NCBI GenBank assembly: GCA_045651805.1
Contig: JAZRTB010000032.1
Location: 14,178-78,177 of the forward strand
Source: Clostridia bacterium
GTDB lineage: Bacteria > Bacillota > Clostridia > UMGS1883
Reading direction: 5' to 3'
Length of the DNA stretch: 64,000 nt
Positions within the stretch are counted from its first letter, which is position 1. Every line of letters begins with the position of its first letter. Below the pieces are notes generated by a model. The model saw only the letters and a list, made by a program, of their open reading frames with translations. It searched no databases and had not been told where the DNA came from. Shown piece after piece: positions 28,896 through 37,537 of this stretch. The translations under genes and the position numbers were made by a program.

Positions 28896-29524
28896 GTAAT
28901 GTGCATTATAATGCGAATGGGTCTGACTATATGTCAGACCCAAGAAATCAAAATGTAGTCGGCAAGAGTATTTGTGCCGAAGGAAGAGAGTCAGTTGCAA
29001 AGGCAACCGCGGGAGAAAGTACATTTTATAATGAAACTTTACCTCTGGATATTGTCAATCAATTTTGTGGGGTGAAGTTTTCCGAACAACAATATGCTTC
29101 TGCAAAATGCAGAATAGATATCGCAAAATCACATTTATATTCTGCAAAGAAGCACTTTAAAAAAAGAGACTATATCGCTATGCAGAGTTATATGCATTGC
29201 TCAATGAATCATGCATTAAGAGCGTTGCTGGAACTCAAGGAAGAATGTGATGAAAAACACATTGATATTATGTCGACCTTTGAAAGAAAGTATATCCATA
29301 CTAAACTTTTTAGTGAAAACAACTTCCTTTTTTGGCAAAAGATATCTTATGTGTTTGAAAAAATAGTTCGTGGGGATTTTTTCAGTTGGCCAAGAGAGCG
29401 TTTTAATGAGGCATTGACTAGAGTATCCATATTTTTAGAAGATGCTGAAGAAGTCTTATCATATTACTATATGTGTACTGATAAGGAAACTGAAAAATCA
29501 ACAGGGGGAAATGATTATGAGTAA
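28892..29524 (+). CDS. HEPN-like helical domain protein (copy 2; retains the conserved His, ...MNHALRALLELKEECDEKHIDIMSTFERKY...)
   Basis: Paralogous to 28374..28895 over the HEPN-like core. Start overlaps the upstream stop (ATGA), indicating translational coupling. Confidence 0.55.
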   Translation: MSNVHYNANGSDYMSDPRNQNVVGKSICAEGRESVAKATAGESTFYNETLPLDIVNQFCGVKFSEQQYASAKCRIDIAKSHLYSAKKHFKKRDYIAMQSYMHCSMNHALRALLELKEECDEKHIDIMSTFERKYIHTKLFSENNFLFWQKISYVFEKIVRGDFFSWPRERFNEALTRVSIFLEDAEEVLSYYYMCTDKETEKSTGGNDYE

Positions 29525-29903
29525 ATTTGAATTTATGAATTATACTGAACAGTCTTCGGTGGAAAACGCCGATGAAAAGGAACTACAGGGTGGTTCTCCA
29601 AACTTTATGGAAGATGTGTTTTGTCAAAGCAAAAAGGTCAAAAAGCTCTTTAAAAAGGACAAAAAGACTAAAAAAGCTCTTTCTAAACAAGGCAAGCAAA
29701 TAAAGAAAGTAGCTTCTTTTGGCAAAGAGATTGGCAAAAAAGTAGAAGTTATCAGTGAAGAGGTAAAAGACGTTAAGCGAGATGTCGCTAAATTCAAAAA
29801 GACAACGCGTGACAGTCTTTTTAAAGAACTCGTTTACTGCGAGGATGCCTCTGAAAGAAAACGTCTAATCGCGGAAATTCAGAGCACAGAGGTGACTATA
29901 TGA
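29517..29903 (+). CDS. Small Lys-rich protein (129 aa) with N-terminal double-glycine-leader-like segment (MSKFEFMNYTEQSSVENADEKELQGG)
   Basis: ATG at 29517 is preceded by AGGGGG at ~8 nt. It overlaps the upstream gene by 8 nt and the downstream gene by 4 nt. The core is extremely Lys-rich (KKVKKLFKKDKKTKKALSKQGKQIKK). Confidence 0.5.
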   Translation: MSKFEFMNYTEQSSVENADEKELQGGSPNFMEDVFCQSKKVKKLFKKDKKTKKALSKQGKQIKKVASFGKEIGKKVEVISEEVKDVKRDVAKFKKTTRDSLFKELVYCEDASERKRLIAEIQSTEVTI

Positions 29904-31576
29904 GTACTGAACTACTATATCGTTCGGACACCACGGGGGGGACAACCCTCCGTGGTGAAAGTGAGACAACTATAGCTAATTTTTATCCTGTGGTGAAAAA
30001 AGTGGCTAAGTATAAGTGCGGAGATAAAGTGCAAAAGAAATATGTAGTGGAGTTCTATGACCCATACTATATAGGAAAAGTTGAAATTGATTCAAAAAGC
30101 TTGGAAAAATTTGATTACTCCAGTGTGGATGATGCTTTGCAATTAAACCCTACTATATCTACTGCCGGAAAAGAAATGGCATATTATATAAGAGACCAGG
30201 CCAAAAGCGTAGAGGTAGAGGAAAAACTCCTGTTAGACACTCTAGGGTGGCATAATTGTAGTGATAATCATGTCTATTGCGCAGGTAACATGGTAATAGG
30301 AGAAATTTCTCAGAAAGACTATGTTATATCAGATTGTTTATCCAAATATCGTCTTGATATTGATGTAACTCTCAGCGAAAAAGACGCTGCAGTTCATACG
30401 ATGAAACTGATGGATATAGCTCCCGGTAGCAGTTGTTTGGTTTTTGCTTCAGGTCTGCTGGGGCCATTACGACAAATTATCCTTGATGCCGGTTTACGAC
30501 CGCCATGTATTCCTTATGTAGAAGGAGAATCTCAATGTAAAAAGACAACGCTTGTTAAACTATGTACGATTATGTACAATAGAAGTGAACTGCAGAACGA
30601 CAGCGATATAGCCTGCAAGAGAGTAAGTAGTTCAGAGTTCAAACTTGAAGAAATTATATCAGAGCTTAAAGATACCACTTTTTTGCTTGATGATCTTTTC
30701 AAGGCAGACAACAAGATGAAGAAAATTTATGAAGGTCGTATCGAAAATGCAATCAGGAATTTTGCTGATAACTCTACAAGATCAACCGCCAGAAGTGCAT
30801 TTAAGAACAATTCAAATATTATCATTACAGCAGAATATCTGATAGAAAGTAAAACTGATGTTGGGAGGCTTTTCTTGATATGTATCGGACAAGATGATGT
30901 AGATGTTGATAAACTCTCTGAATGTCAGAAAAATCCACTCGCACTTTCTACTTTTTATTGTTATTTCATAAGGCATTTATCACTGCATTATGATGCAATT
31001 GTAGAGCGACTTAAAAAGGAATATTCTGCTTTCAGGTGCTCAGCATATGACCATGAAAGTAAATTCGGGAGATTATATGAACAGTTCTTTCTTATTGATT
31101 TTGCGTTTTCGTTATATCTGGAGTATGCAGTAAGTGTTGGACTAAATATAAATAAGGAGCTTGTTAAAAATAATTTCCAAAACTATGTACGGCAAGCCTT
31201 GAAGAAGCAGAATGGAATACTCATTTCTCTCGATAGGAAAGAAGTGAAATCTGTAAATTTCTCGAAAGAACTTGTTACTATGATTAGTGATGGTTCTGTA
31301 ACCTTGTTAAAAAAAGGTTCAGAATGTTTTGAGAAGGGTGGATTTATCTATATAACCACCAGGTACTTTAATTCAAAGCTACGAGAAAAATACGAAAGAG
31401 ATTTTTCCGCGAGAAGCATTACTTCGTATTTCAGAGACCGGTACATATCAGAGGTAGACGCAGATAACCGTCAAAAGAAATATAAAGGGAGACGCTACCT
31501 TAAATTAAATAAAAAAGAATTAATGAAAGACGCCTATGATACCGGTTATGAAATCAATAATCTGTTTTATAACTAA
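29900..31576 (+). CDS. Hypothetical protein (558 aa), last gene of the tandem HEPN operon
   Basis: Long ORF with island-type composition. ATGA overlap with the upstream gene. No Walker A or other recognised motif seen. Confidence 0.6.
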   Translation: MSTELLYRSDTTGGTTLRGESETTIANFYPVVKKVAKYKCGDKVQKKYVVEFYDPYYIGKVEIDSKSLEKFDYSSVDDALQLNPTISTAGKEMAYYIRDQAKSVEVEEKLLLDTLGWHNCSDNHVYCAGNMVIGEISQKDYVISDCLSKYRLDIDVTLSEKDAAVHTMKLMDIAPGSSCLVFASGLLGPLRQIILDAGLRPPCIPYVEGESQCKKTTLVKLCTIMYNRSELQNDSDIACKRVSSSEFKLEEIISELKDTTFLLDDLFKADNKMKKIYEGRIENAIRNFADNSTRSTARSAFKNNSNIIITAEYLIESKTDVGRLFLICIGQDDVDVDKLSECQKNPLALSTFYCYFIRHLSLHYDAIVERLKKEYSAFRCSAYDHESKFGRLYEQFFLIDFAFSLYLEYAVSVGLNINKELVKNNFQNYVRQALKKQNGILISLDRKEVKSVNFSKELVTMISDGSVTLLKKGSECFEKGGFIYITTRYFNSKLREKYERDFSARSITSYFRDRYISEVDADNRQKKYKGRRYLKLNKKELMKDAYDTGYEINNLFYN

Positions 31577-31589
31577 AACGGATTATCTC

Positions 31590-31660
31590 CCTCTATAATT
31601 TTACCGTAGGGGGAATGTATCCCCCTATGGTAAAATTATAGAGGGATAATAAGACAACAA
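31590..31660. terminator. Very long near-perfect hairpin (~30-bp stem: TTATCTCCCTCTATAATTTTACCGTAGGGGG / CCCCCTATGGTAAAATTATAGAGGGATAA) after the 558-aa gene; probable terminator/insulator or recombination site
   Basis: Inverted repeat read directly from the sequence. Arms are separated by ~8 nt (AATGTATC). No strong U-tract. Confidence 0.4.
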
Positions 31661-31751
31661 GCTCTATTGGGCAAGAAGAATATTACCTATCCTTCACGGG
31701 AAATATTCAGAATAAGTGAAGATATAATATCGAAGGAGGGATTGATGCTGG

Positions 31752-31940
31752 ATGAATAAACAGCAAATGAAATTGACTAAATTCTGTGAAGAATTCGATG
31801 TCCCGCGTAGTACAGCACTCAAATGGGTGCACTCTCAGGGATTCCCGGCATATAACCTTTGTGGACACTGGTACATCGATTTGCCGGAATATTATAGGTG
31901 GAGAGAGAATCAACACCATATATCGTATAAATATGCTTAA
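31752..31940 (+). CDS. xis: Excisionase/AlpA-like helix-turn-helix DNA-binding protein (Xis)
   Basis: 62 aa. LTKFCEEFDVPRSTALKWVHSQGFPAYNLCGHWYIDLPEYYRW matches MerR-like/excisionase HTH proteins (..SRSTIYRWV..G.FPA.K.GG.WR...E...W). Sits immediately upstream of the integrase. Confidence 0.6.
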   Translation: MNKQQMKLTKFCEEFDVPRSTALKWVHSQGFPAYNLCGHWYIDLPEYYRWRENQHHISYKYA

Positions 31941-31958
31941 TATATTATAAACAACAAA

Positions 31959-31995
31959 TCCGGAACAGTATGGAGAGGACACTTACTGTTCCGGA
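31959..31995. promoter_or_regulatory. 12-bp perfect inverted repeat TCCGGAACAGTA...TACTGTTCCGGA between xis and int, overlapping the int RBS region
   Basis: Read directly from the sequence; 13-nt spacer. Confidence 0.3.
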
Positions 31996-32012
31996 AGAAA
32001 GGAGAATGTTTA

Positions 32013-33128
32013 TTGAAAAAAAGAGCAGACGGAAGATATTGTAAGCAGATATTTATTGGCTATAAGCCTGATGGTACAAGAAGAATGAAGACCATTTACG
32101 GAAAAACTATCAGAGAAGTAGAGAAGAAAGAATCCGAAATCAAGGGGCAGATGGAGCAGGGAATAAATGTGTCTGAAAACCTGACAGTGGCAGAGTGGGC
32201 AGACATCTGGCTTAAAACATTTAAGACGGATATCGCCAACAACACCTATGTGAGATATGCAGGCATAGTCAGGAATCAGATTATTCCGCTGCTTGGCAAT
32301 GTCTTGATTCCGAATATAAGACTTAATATGTTGCAAAAACTGATAAATGATATGGCGGAGAAATATGCTCCGGCAACAGTTAAGAAAACAAAGGATGTTC
32401 TGCATCAAATGTTTCAGCAAGCGGTAAGGTCACAATATATCGCCGTAAATCCTGCTGAAAGCATAGTGACACCTAAATTTCATCAGAATGACAGAGAGCC
32501 ACTTTCAACAGAGCATGTAAGAAATATAGAAGAGTTCTGTAGGAACTATAAACACGGAGCGTTTGTAATGGCATTACTATATACCGGAGTCAGAAGGGGA
32601 GAACTACTTGCATTGCAGGTTAAGGATGTGGACTTTGAGAACGGTTATATAACCATTAATAAGTCGGTTGAGTTTTTATGTAACTCTCCCAACCTGAAAA
32701 CTCCGAAAACTCCGAAAAGCAACCGCTTGATACCGATACTCAAACCATTGATTCCATATCTGCAAAGGGCTGTTGACGGCAAAGAAAGCACAGACTTTAT
32801 ATTTACCGGGTACGACGGAAATCTACACACAAAGTCAGCGGTTCAAAGGTTGTTTAAAGCTTTTAACAGAGATTATAACCGCTACATAAACAGATTCAGA
32901 ACAGAGGATGAGTACGAAAGCGTTCATTTTACGATGCATCAGTTCAGACACACCTTTTGTACGATGATGTATGATGCAGGAGTTGATGTGAAAACGGCGC
33001 AGGAAATATTAGGACATAGTAGTATTAATGTAACTCTTGATATATATACGCATCTCAGTCAATACAAAAAGAAAATCAATATTGATAAGATGAACGCATA
33101 TATTGAAAGCCAATTCAAACCAGAATAA
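32013..33128 (+). CDS. int: Site-specific tyrosine recombinase (phage integrase family)
   Basis: TTG start 7 nt after AAAGGAGA. The C-terminal catalytic region HQFRHTFCTMMYDAGVDVKTAQEILGHSSINVTLDIYTHL carries the R..H..R..Y signature of tyrosine integrases. An N-terminal SAM-like/core-binding region is present. Confidence 0.85.
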   Translation: MKKRADGRYCKQIFIGYKPDGTRRMKTIYGKTIREVEKKESEIKGQMEQGINVSENLTVAEWADIWLKTFKTDIANNTYVRYAGIVRNQIIPLLGNVLIPNIRLNMLQKLINDMAEKYAPATVKKTKDVLHQMFQQAVRSQYIAVNPAESIVTPKFHQNDREPLSTEHVRNIEEFCRNYKHGAFVMALLYTGVRRGELLALQVKDVDFENGYITINKSVEFLCNSPNLKTPKTPKSNRLIPILKPLIPYLQRAVDGKESTDFIFTGYDGNLHTKSAVQRLFKAFNRDYNRYINRFRTEDEYESVHFTMHQFRHTFCTMMYDAGVDVKTAQEILGHSSINVTLDIYTHLSQYKKKINIDKMNAYIESQFKPE

Positions 33129-33130
33129 AG

Positions 33131-33170
33131 CACAGTGAATTTCTTTATGATTCACTGTGCTTTATTTTTC
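33131..33170 (+). terminator. Rho-independent terminator after int (AAGCACAGTGAAT-TTCTTTATG-ATTCACTGTGCTT + TATTTTT)
   Basis: 13-bp stem plus U-tract. Its 3' half is the left copy of the 29-nt direct repeat. Confidence 0.7.
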
Positions 33171-33190
33171 CGCCAAAAAACTTGTATATA

Positions 33191-33219
33191 TTGACAAAGA
33201 ACATATCATAGTATATAAT
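33191..33219 (+). promoter_or_regulatory. Consensus sigma-A-type promoter TTGACA-17 nt-TATAAT upstream of the XRE/DUF3990-like gene
   Basis: TTGACA at 33191..33196, a 17-nt spacer, TATAAT at 33214..33219, then RBS AGGTGG and ATG at 33252. Confidence 0.55.
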
Positions 33220-33251
33220 ATAGATGTTATCAAATGATAGGTGGCGGTAAA

Positions 33252-34097
33252 ATGAAAAGCTTAATTAAAAATATACGAATCTCTGCTAATATGAGTCAGG
33301 AGCAATTTGCTGATTGTATCGGAACTACCGTGCTTTCTGTTAACAGATGGGAAAACGGTAAAACTGAACCTAATAAAATGGCTCAAAAGCAACTATACCA
33401 ATTTTGTAAGGATAATAATATTGATTTAGCAAAAATTATTGTAGAATCAAAAGAATATGAAAATATTGAGAATAAGCTGGTTTTATATCATGGCTCTAAA
33501 AAAGGTATAAATGGGGATATTGCACCCATTAGTCGTGGAGAGTGCGATTTTGGTAAGGGGTTCTATATGGGAACAAGTACTTTGCAACCCCTTACTTTGG
33601 TGTGTGCAGAAGAAAAACCTAAATTTTATACTGTTGAACTGGATTTGACGGGTCTTAAAGTTCTCAATGTTGAAATCGGTCTTGAATGGGCACTCTTGAT
33701 AGCATATTACCGCAAGGAAATGGAGTCTGCCATAGGTACGGAAATCTATGAAAAGTATGCTAATTTTGCAAGTGGTTATGATGTTATAGTAGGTTATATT
33801 GCAAATGATCGTATGTATACTGAATTATCTCGTTTCTTCAATAAAACTTTAACTGACACGGCATTAATACATTGCTTATCTGCACTTGATCTTGGCAAGC
33901 AGTATGTTGCAATTACAGAAAAAGCGTGTAGGCAAATCAAAGTCCTGAAAGAAGAAAGTTTATCTCAGCTTGAACTTGCAATTCTTCGTGATATGAGTGT
34001 AGAACGCAGAAAAGAAGGAATAGCTCTTGCTGATGAAATTGAAGTGAAATATCGCCGTGAAGGAAAGTTTTTTGATGAGATTCTGGGAGGAAAATGA
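33252..34097 (+). CDS. XRE-family HTH fused to a DUF3990-like domain
   Basis: The N-terminus (IRISANMSQEQFADCIGTTVLSVNRWENGKTEPN) is a Cro/C1-type HTH. The C-terminal part has the LYHGS...DFGKGFY motif that I recall as characteristic of DUF3990. ATG at 33252; the ORF-track start is 33234. Confidence 0.55.
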   Translation: MKSLIKNIRISANMSQEQFADCIGTTVLSVNRWENGKTEPNKMAQKQLYQFCKDNNIDLAKIIVESKEYENIENKLVLYHGSKKGINGDIAPISRGECDFGKGFYMGTSTLQPLTLVCAEEKPKFYTVELDLTGLKVLNVEIGLEWALLIAYYRKEMESAIGTEIYEKYANFASGYDVIVGYIANDRMYTELSRFFNKTLTDTALIHCLSALDLGKQYVAITEKACRQIKVLKEESLSQLELAILRDMSVERRKEGIALADEIEVKYRREGKFFDEILGGK

Positions 34098-34519
34098 TTA
34101 TGAATAAATCCTTACTATTAACTCTTTGTGATACTCAAGGTAAATTATTTGAGTTGTCAGGAAAGCGTGGCTATGACAGCGAAGCCTTTATTAAGACGTT
34201 TATGACTACTGATATTTCAAAGGATATGGACAAGGAGTTTCACCATGTCCAGTGGGCAGGGAAGGAATATATTATGTCTCGTATGGAAGATGAGAATTCT
34301 GATGCTATAATCGGTAACGGAATTGTTTACGATAACGAAACATTGTACTGGATAGGTTATATCTATAGATACTGGAATATATACACGGGAGAATCAAGCA
34401 AAGACATTTACAAGCAAGCACCGGTAAAGACTATGCAAACTGTTTATTTAATGTATCATACCATGAGCCCTGAACTTGCAATAGACAGACTAAAAGAGTC
34501 TTACAAAGATAGCAAGTGA
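34094..34519 (+). CDS. Small hypothetical protein (141 aa), translationally coupled partner of the XRE/DUF3990-like gene (possibly DUF3791-like)
   Basis: ATGA overlap with the upstream stop. No recognised motif. A partner role is inferred only from the common DUF3990/DUF3791 gene-pair arrangement. Confidence 0.45.
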   Translation: MIMNKSLLLTLCDTQGKLFELSGKRGYDSEAFIKTFMTTDISKDMDKEFHHVQWAGKEYIMSRMEDENSDAIIGNGIVYDNETLYWIGYIYRYWNIYTGESSKDIYKQAPVKTMQTVYLMYHTMSPELAIDRLKESYKDSK

Positions 34520-34591
34520 TTTGGATTTCATTTGTTCGGCGCATATCAAATTTTGATAATAATGTATTTTATAACAAAAGGTGACAATATA

Positions 34592-35824
34592 ATGAGAACT
34601 ACGAATTTAAAAATGCCAGAGGGATATATATCGATGCTTTCAAATTTAGCCGCTATAACTTCCCAACACGGAGAACTTGTTAAATTTAATGATGAAAGTT
34701 ATCGTAGATTGGTAGACAATCTTTCGAGCAAATTAATAAAGAATAGCGTAATAAATGATATTGTACAAAAACAATCAAGGATGTTACAGTCGTTTAATTA
34801 CTCGCTATATTCCGGTAATATTGGCATTCAAGCATTAACATCGCAATGGAATACTATGGCTCGAATAGCAGAATCGTTCCAAACGCCTGAAATCAAGATG
34901 TTGAAGGATTCTTTAATACGAAATGAAATTTCAGCAGTTAGCACGTTTGTTGACTCTATAAAAGGCATGCGTATAGAAGCGGCCAATATTGCATTTTTGA
35001 AAATGGCACCAATTTTTGAGAGTGTATCACTCCCTAAAGGAATGAAAAGTGTCATTAAAGATATTCATGTAGATACTGCAAGACGATTATCTACAGCTAA
35101 AAACATTAGTTTTGATAGTGATAAAAAATTATTCTACGTCGAATATCAACCGAAAGACACAGCAACAGTTTCTGAAACAAATATTCTTTGTTCGTCATTG
35201 CATCTTCTGTCAGATATAGATGAAGCAGATTTAATTTCGTTTATGAATTACTTGGGAAATCACCTTCCCTTTGCTAGCACTCATCGTACCGGAAAAAGAA
35301 TAAATGAAATAATATCAAAGTGGAATGAATTTTCTGATTTTGATTGTGATTATTACTACCATGCTCGGGCTCTTCCAGAGGGCAAGGAACCTTATACAGA
35401 GCAAGAACTTCGTCAAGCTCCATATGGGTTAACCTGGCAAGGACGCTATAATTACACGGGTGAAAGTCACTATTACTTTTCAAATGTGCCCAAAGGTGCT
35501 CTTATGGAGGTCGCAAAACACACAAAGGAAAAAAGAGTCCAAATTGCGAAATTAAGACCGACAAGAAGCATACGTATGATAGATTTGTCACAAGAAATTA
35601 CAACACAGAATAAATTCTTAGAATACTGTAGATTGAAACCTCAACCAGGAGATTATCCAAATATTAAAAGAGAGTATTTGCTACCCTGTTATGTTGCCAA
35701 TTGTTGTGAACTAAATGGCATAGAAGGAATAAAGTATCATGGTAGCAAAGAATATAAGAATTATGTTTCTTGGGAAGATACATATTTTGATTTTGTGGAT
35801 TCGGAAATACAAAATAACATATAA
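34592..35824 (+). CDS. RES-domain protein (NAD+-targeting toxin-like) with ~290-aa N-terminal extension
   Basis: The C-terminal ~140 aa match the RES-domain signature: WQGRYNYTGESHYYFSNVPKGALMEVAKH (cf. GGRWN..G.PvlYlS.sp.tAllEvl.H), then MIDLSQE, then CCELNGIEGIKYHGSKEYKNYVSW (cf. G.DGi.yPS....N.vlf). ATG at 34592 after AAAGGTGA; the ORF-track start is 34532. Confidence 0.6.
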   Translation: MRTTNLKMPEGYISMLSNLAAITSQHGELVKFNDESYRRLVDNLSSKLIKNSVINDIVQKQSRMLQSFNYSLYSGNIGIQALTSQWNTMARIAESFQTPEIKMLKDSLIRNEISAVSTFVDSIKGMRIEAANIAFLKMAPIFESVSLPKGMKSVIKDIHVDTARRLSTAKNISFDSDKKLFYVEYQPKDTATVSETNILCSSLHLLSDIDEADLISFMNYLGNHLPFASTHRTGKRINEIISKWNEFSDFDCDYYYHARALPEGKEPYTEQELRQAPYGLTWQGRYNYTGESHYYFSNVPKGALMEVAKHTKEKRVQIAKLRPTRSIRMIDLSQEITTQNKFLEYCRLKPQPGDYPNIKREYLLPCYVANCCELNGIEGIKYHGSKEYKNYVSWEDTYFDFVDSEIQNNI

Positions 35825-35857
35825 CAAAATAGAGCTTCTTTGGATTGGAGAGATATT

Positions 35858-37537
35858 GTGAAATTTGAGAGGATTACAATAAAGAATTTTAGAAACTTTG
35901 AAGATATTACACTTGATTTATCAAATAAAAATATTTTCTTTGGATTAAATGATGTGGGAAAAACTAATTTCTTATATGCAATGAGGTATTTGTTCGATAA
36001 GGATGTTCGAAAACACAATCTTATTGATTCAGATTTTCATAATAAACAATTAGATCTGCCAATCGAAATAGTCGTGACATTAGATATTAGTGACACAGAC
36101 AATGTTGATTGTAAAAAGTTGCGTGCAAGATTAAAAGGAGCACTGCGTAGCGAACATACAAAAGTATATATTAAGTTATTAGCTCAATATAATAAAGGCG
36201 AATTGATTGCTATGCCAATTTTGTTTTGGGGTGGCGATATGGGACATCTTCAAGAAATGAAACAAAGAGGATATTTATACGAAATTGATTATGTGTTTAA
36301 TGTGATTTATATTGACTCGTATGTCGATTTGCATTTGTTGTTTAAAAAGAATGTTGGACAGCTTGTGAAGAATGAAAAAGAAGAAGATAAAGAAGTGCTG
36401 AACAATATTCAGTTAAATGTAAATGAATTGAATAAAAACATTTCTTCATTATCAGGAATTAAAGAGTTTGAAGAAAAGATTACCCCTGAGTATAAAAAGT
36501 TTAGGAATGAAGGGATTTCTGTAACTGTAAAGTCTGAAATAGCGGTAAAAGGACTATATTCTAATATCGTACCATATATAAAACAAGATAATGATGATAA
36601 CTTATATCCAACTGCCGGAGAAGGAAGAAAGAAATTACTAGCATATTCCATTTTTGATATTCTTTCAGATGAGTCAACTGAAAAGAAAATCAATTTATTT
36701 CTTATAGAAGAACCTGAAAATCATTTACATAAATCTATGCAAATAGCGTTATCTCAAATTCTTTTTTCTAACGATAAATACTCATATCTTTTTGTTACAA
36801 CTCATTCTCCGTTTGTTCTTTATGAAATGGACAATGTTAATTTGGTGCGTATTTATAGTGAACGACATATTGATAGCAAGAGTGTGTTTTACACTGTTCC
36901 TTCTGAGTTTGAGAAAAACAAAAAGATGTTAAACCAACAATTATCAGAAGCAATATTTGCTGACAGAGTTTTACTGGTAGAAGGTCCATCCGAAAAAATG
37001 TTATTTTGTAAAGTTTTATATGTTATCAATCCATTTTATGAAGTTGAAGGCGTATATGTTCTGCCAGTAGATGGTATAGGCTTTAGAAAATATATTGACA
37101 TATTAGATGATTTGAACATTCACAATATAATTAAAACCGATAATGATTTGCGTGCGGTTAAAAAAGGTGGACCATATAGTACATTAGGTTTTTCACGATG
37201 CAATAACTATATTGGTGAAGATATCCTACCAACAGATCAAATAGCTGAAAAAACAATAAAATCAAAAAGAGATTTATATGAAGCTAATAAGGAAACTCTC
37301 AATTCTATTCGCAAGGAGTATTCGATATATTTATCAAAAGTGGATTTAGAAAACGACTTAGATGAATGTATGCATGAAAGATTGGTGTCTTTGTTAGGTG
37401 TTGATGATCCGGTAGACCATTTGCAAGATTCAAAACATTACAATATGGTTGAATTAATAGGAAAGTTAAGCGATGAAGATTGTAGAAACATTTACAATCA
37501 TTACAATTTTGCATGTTTGAAGGAGGTTGTTGAATGA
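35858..37537 (+). CDS. gajA: Gabija GajA: OLD-family ATP-dependent endonuclease (ABC-type ATPase + Toprim)
   Basis: N-terminus ERITIKNFRNFEDITLDL...FFGLNDVGKTNFLYAMRYLFDK has a Walker A motif. The C-terminal Toprim-like region has LLVEGPSEKMLF...IIKTDNDL...SKVDLENDL...NMVELIGKLSDEDCRNIYNHYNFACLKE, close to my recollection of Bacillus GajA. GTG 35858 chosen after GGAG; the ORF-track TTG is at 35840. Confidence 0.8.
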   Translation: MKFERITIKNFRNFEDITLDLSNKNIFFGLNDVGKTNFLYAMRYLFDKDVRKHNLIDSDFHNKQLDLPIEIVVTLDISDTDNVDCKKLRARLKGALRSEHTKVYIKLLAQYNKGELIAMPILFWGGDMGHLQEMKQRGYLYEIDYVFNVIYIDSYVDLHLLFKKNVGQLVKNEKEEDKEVLNNIQLNVNELNKNISSLSGIKEFEEKITPEYKKFRNEGISVTVKSEIAVKGLYSNIVPYIKQDNDDNLYPTAGEGRKKLLAYSIFDILSDESTEKKINLFLIEEPENHLHKSMQIALSQILFSNDKYSYLFVTTHSPFVLYEMDNVNLVRIYSERHIDSKSVFYTVPSEFEKNKKMLNQQLSEAIFADRVLLVEGPSEKMLFCKVLYVINPFYEVEGVYVLPVDGIGFRKYIDILDDLNIHNIIKTDNDLRAVKKGGPYSTLGFSRCNNYIGEDILPTDQIAEKTIKSKRDLYEANKETLNSIRKEYSIYLSKVDLENDLDECMHERLVSLLGVDDPVDHLQDSKHYNMVELIGKLSDEDCRNIYNHYNFACLKEVVE

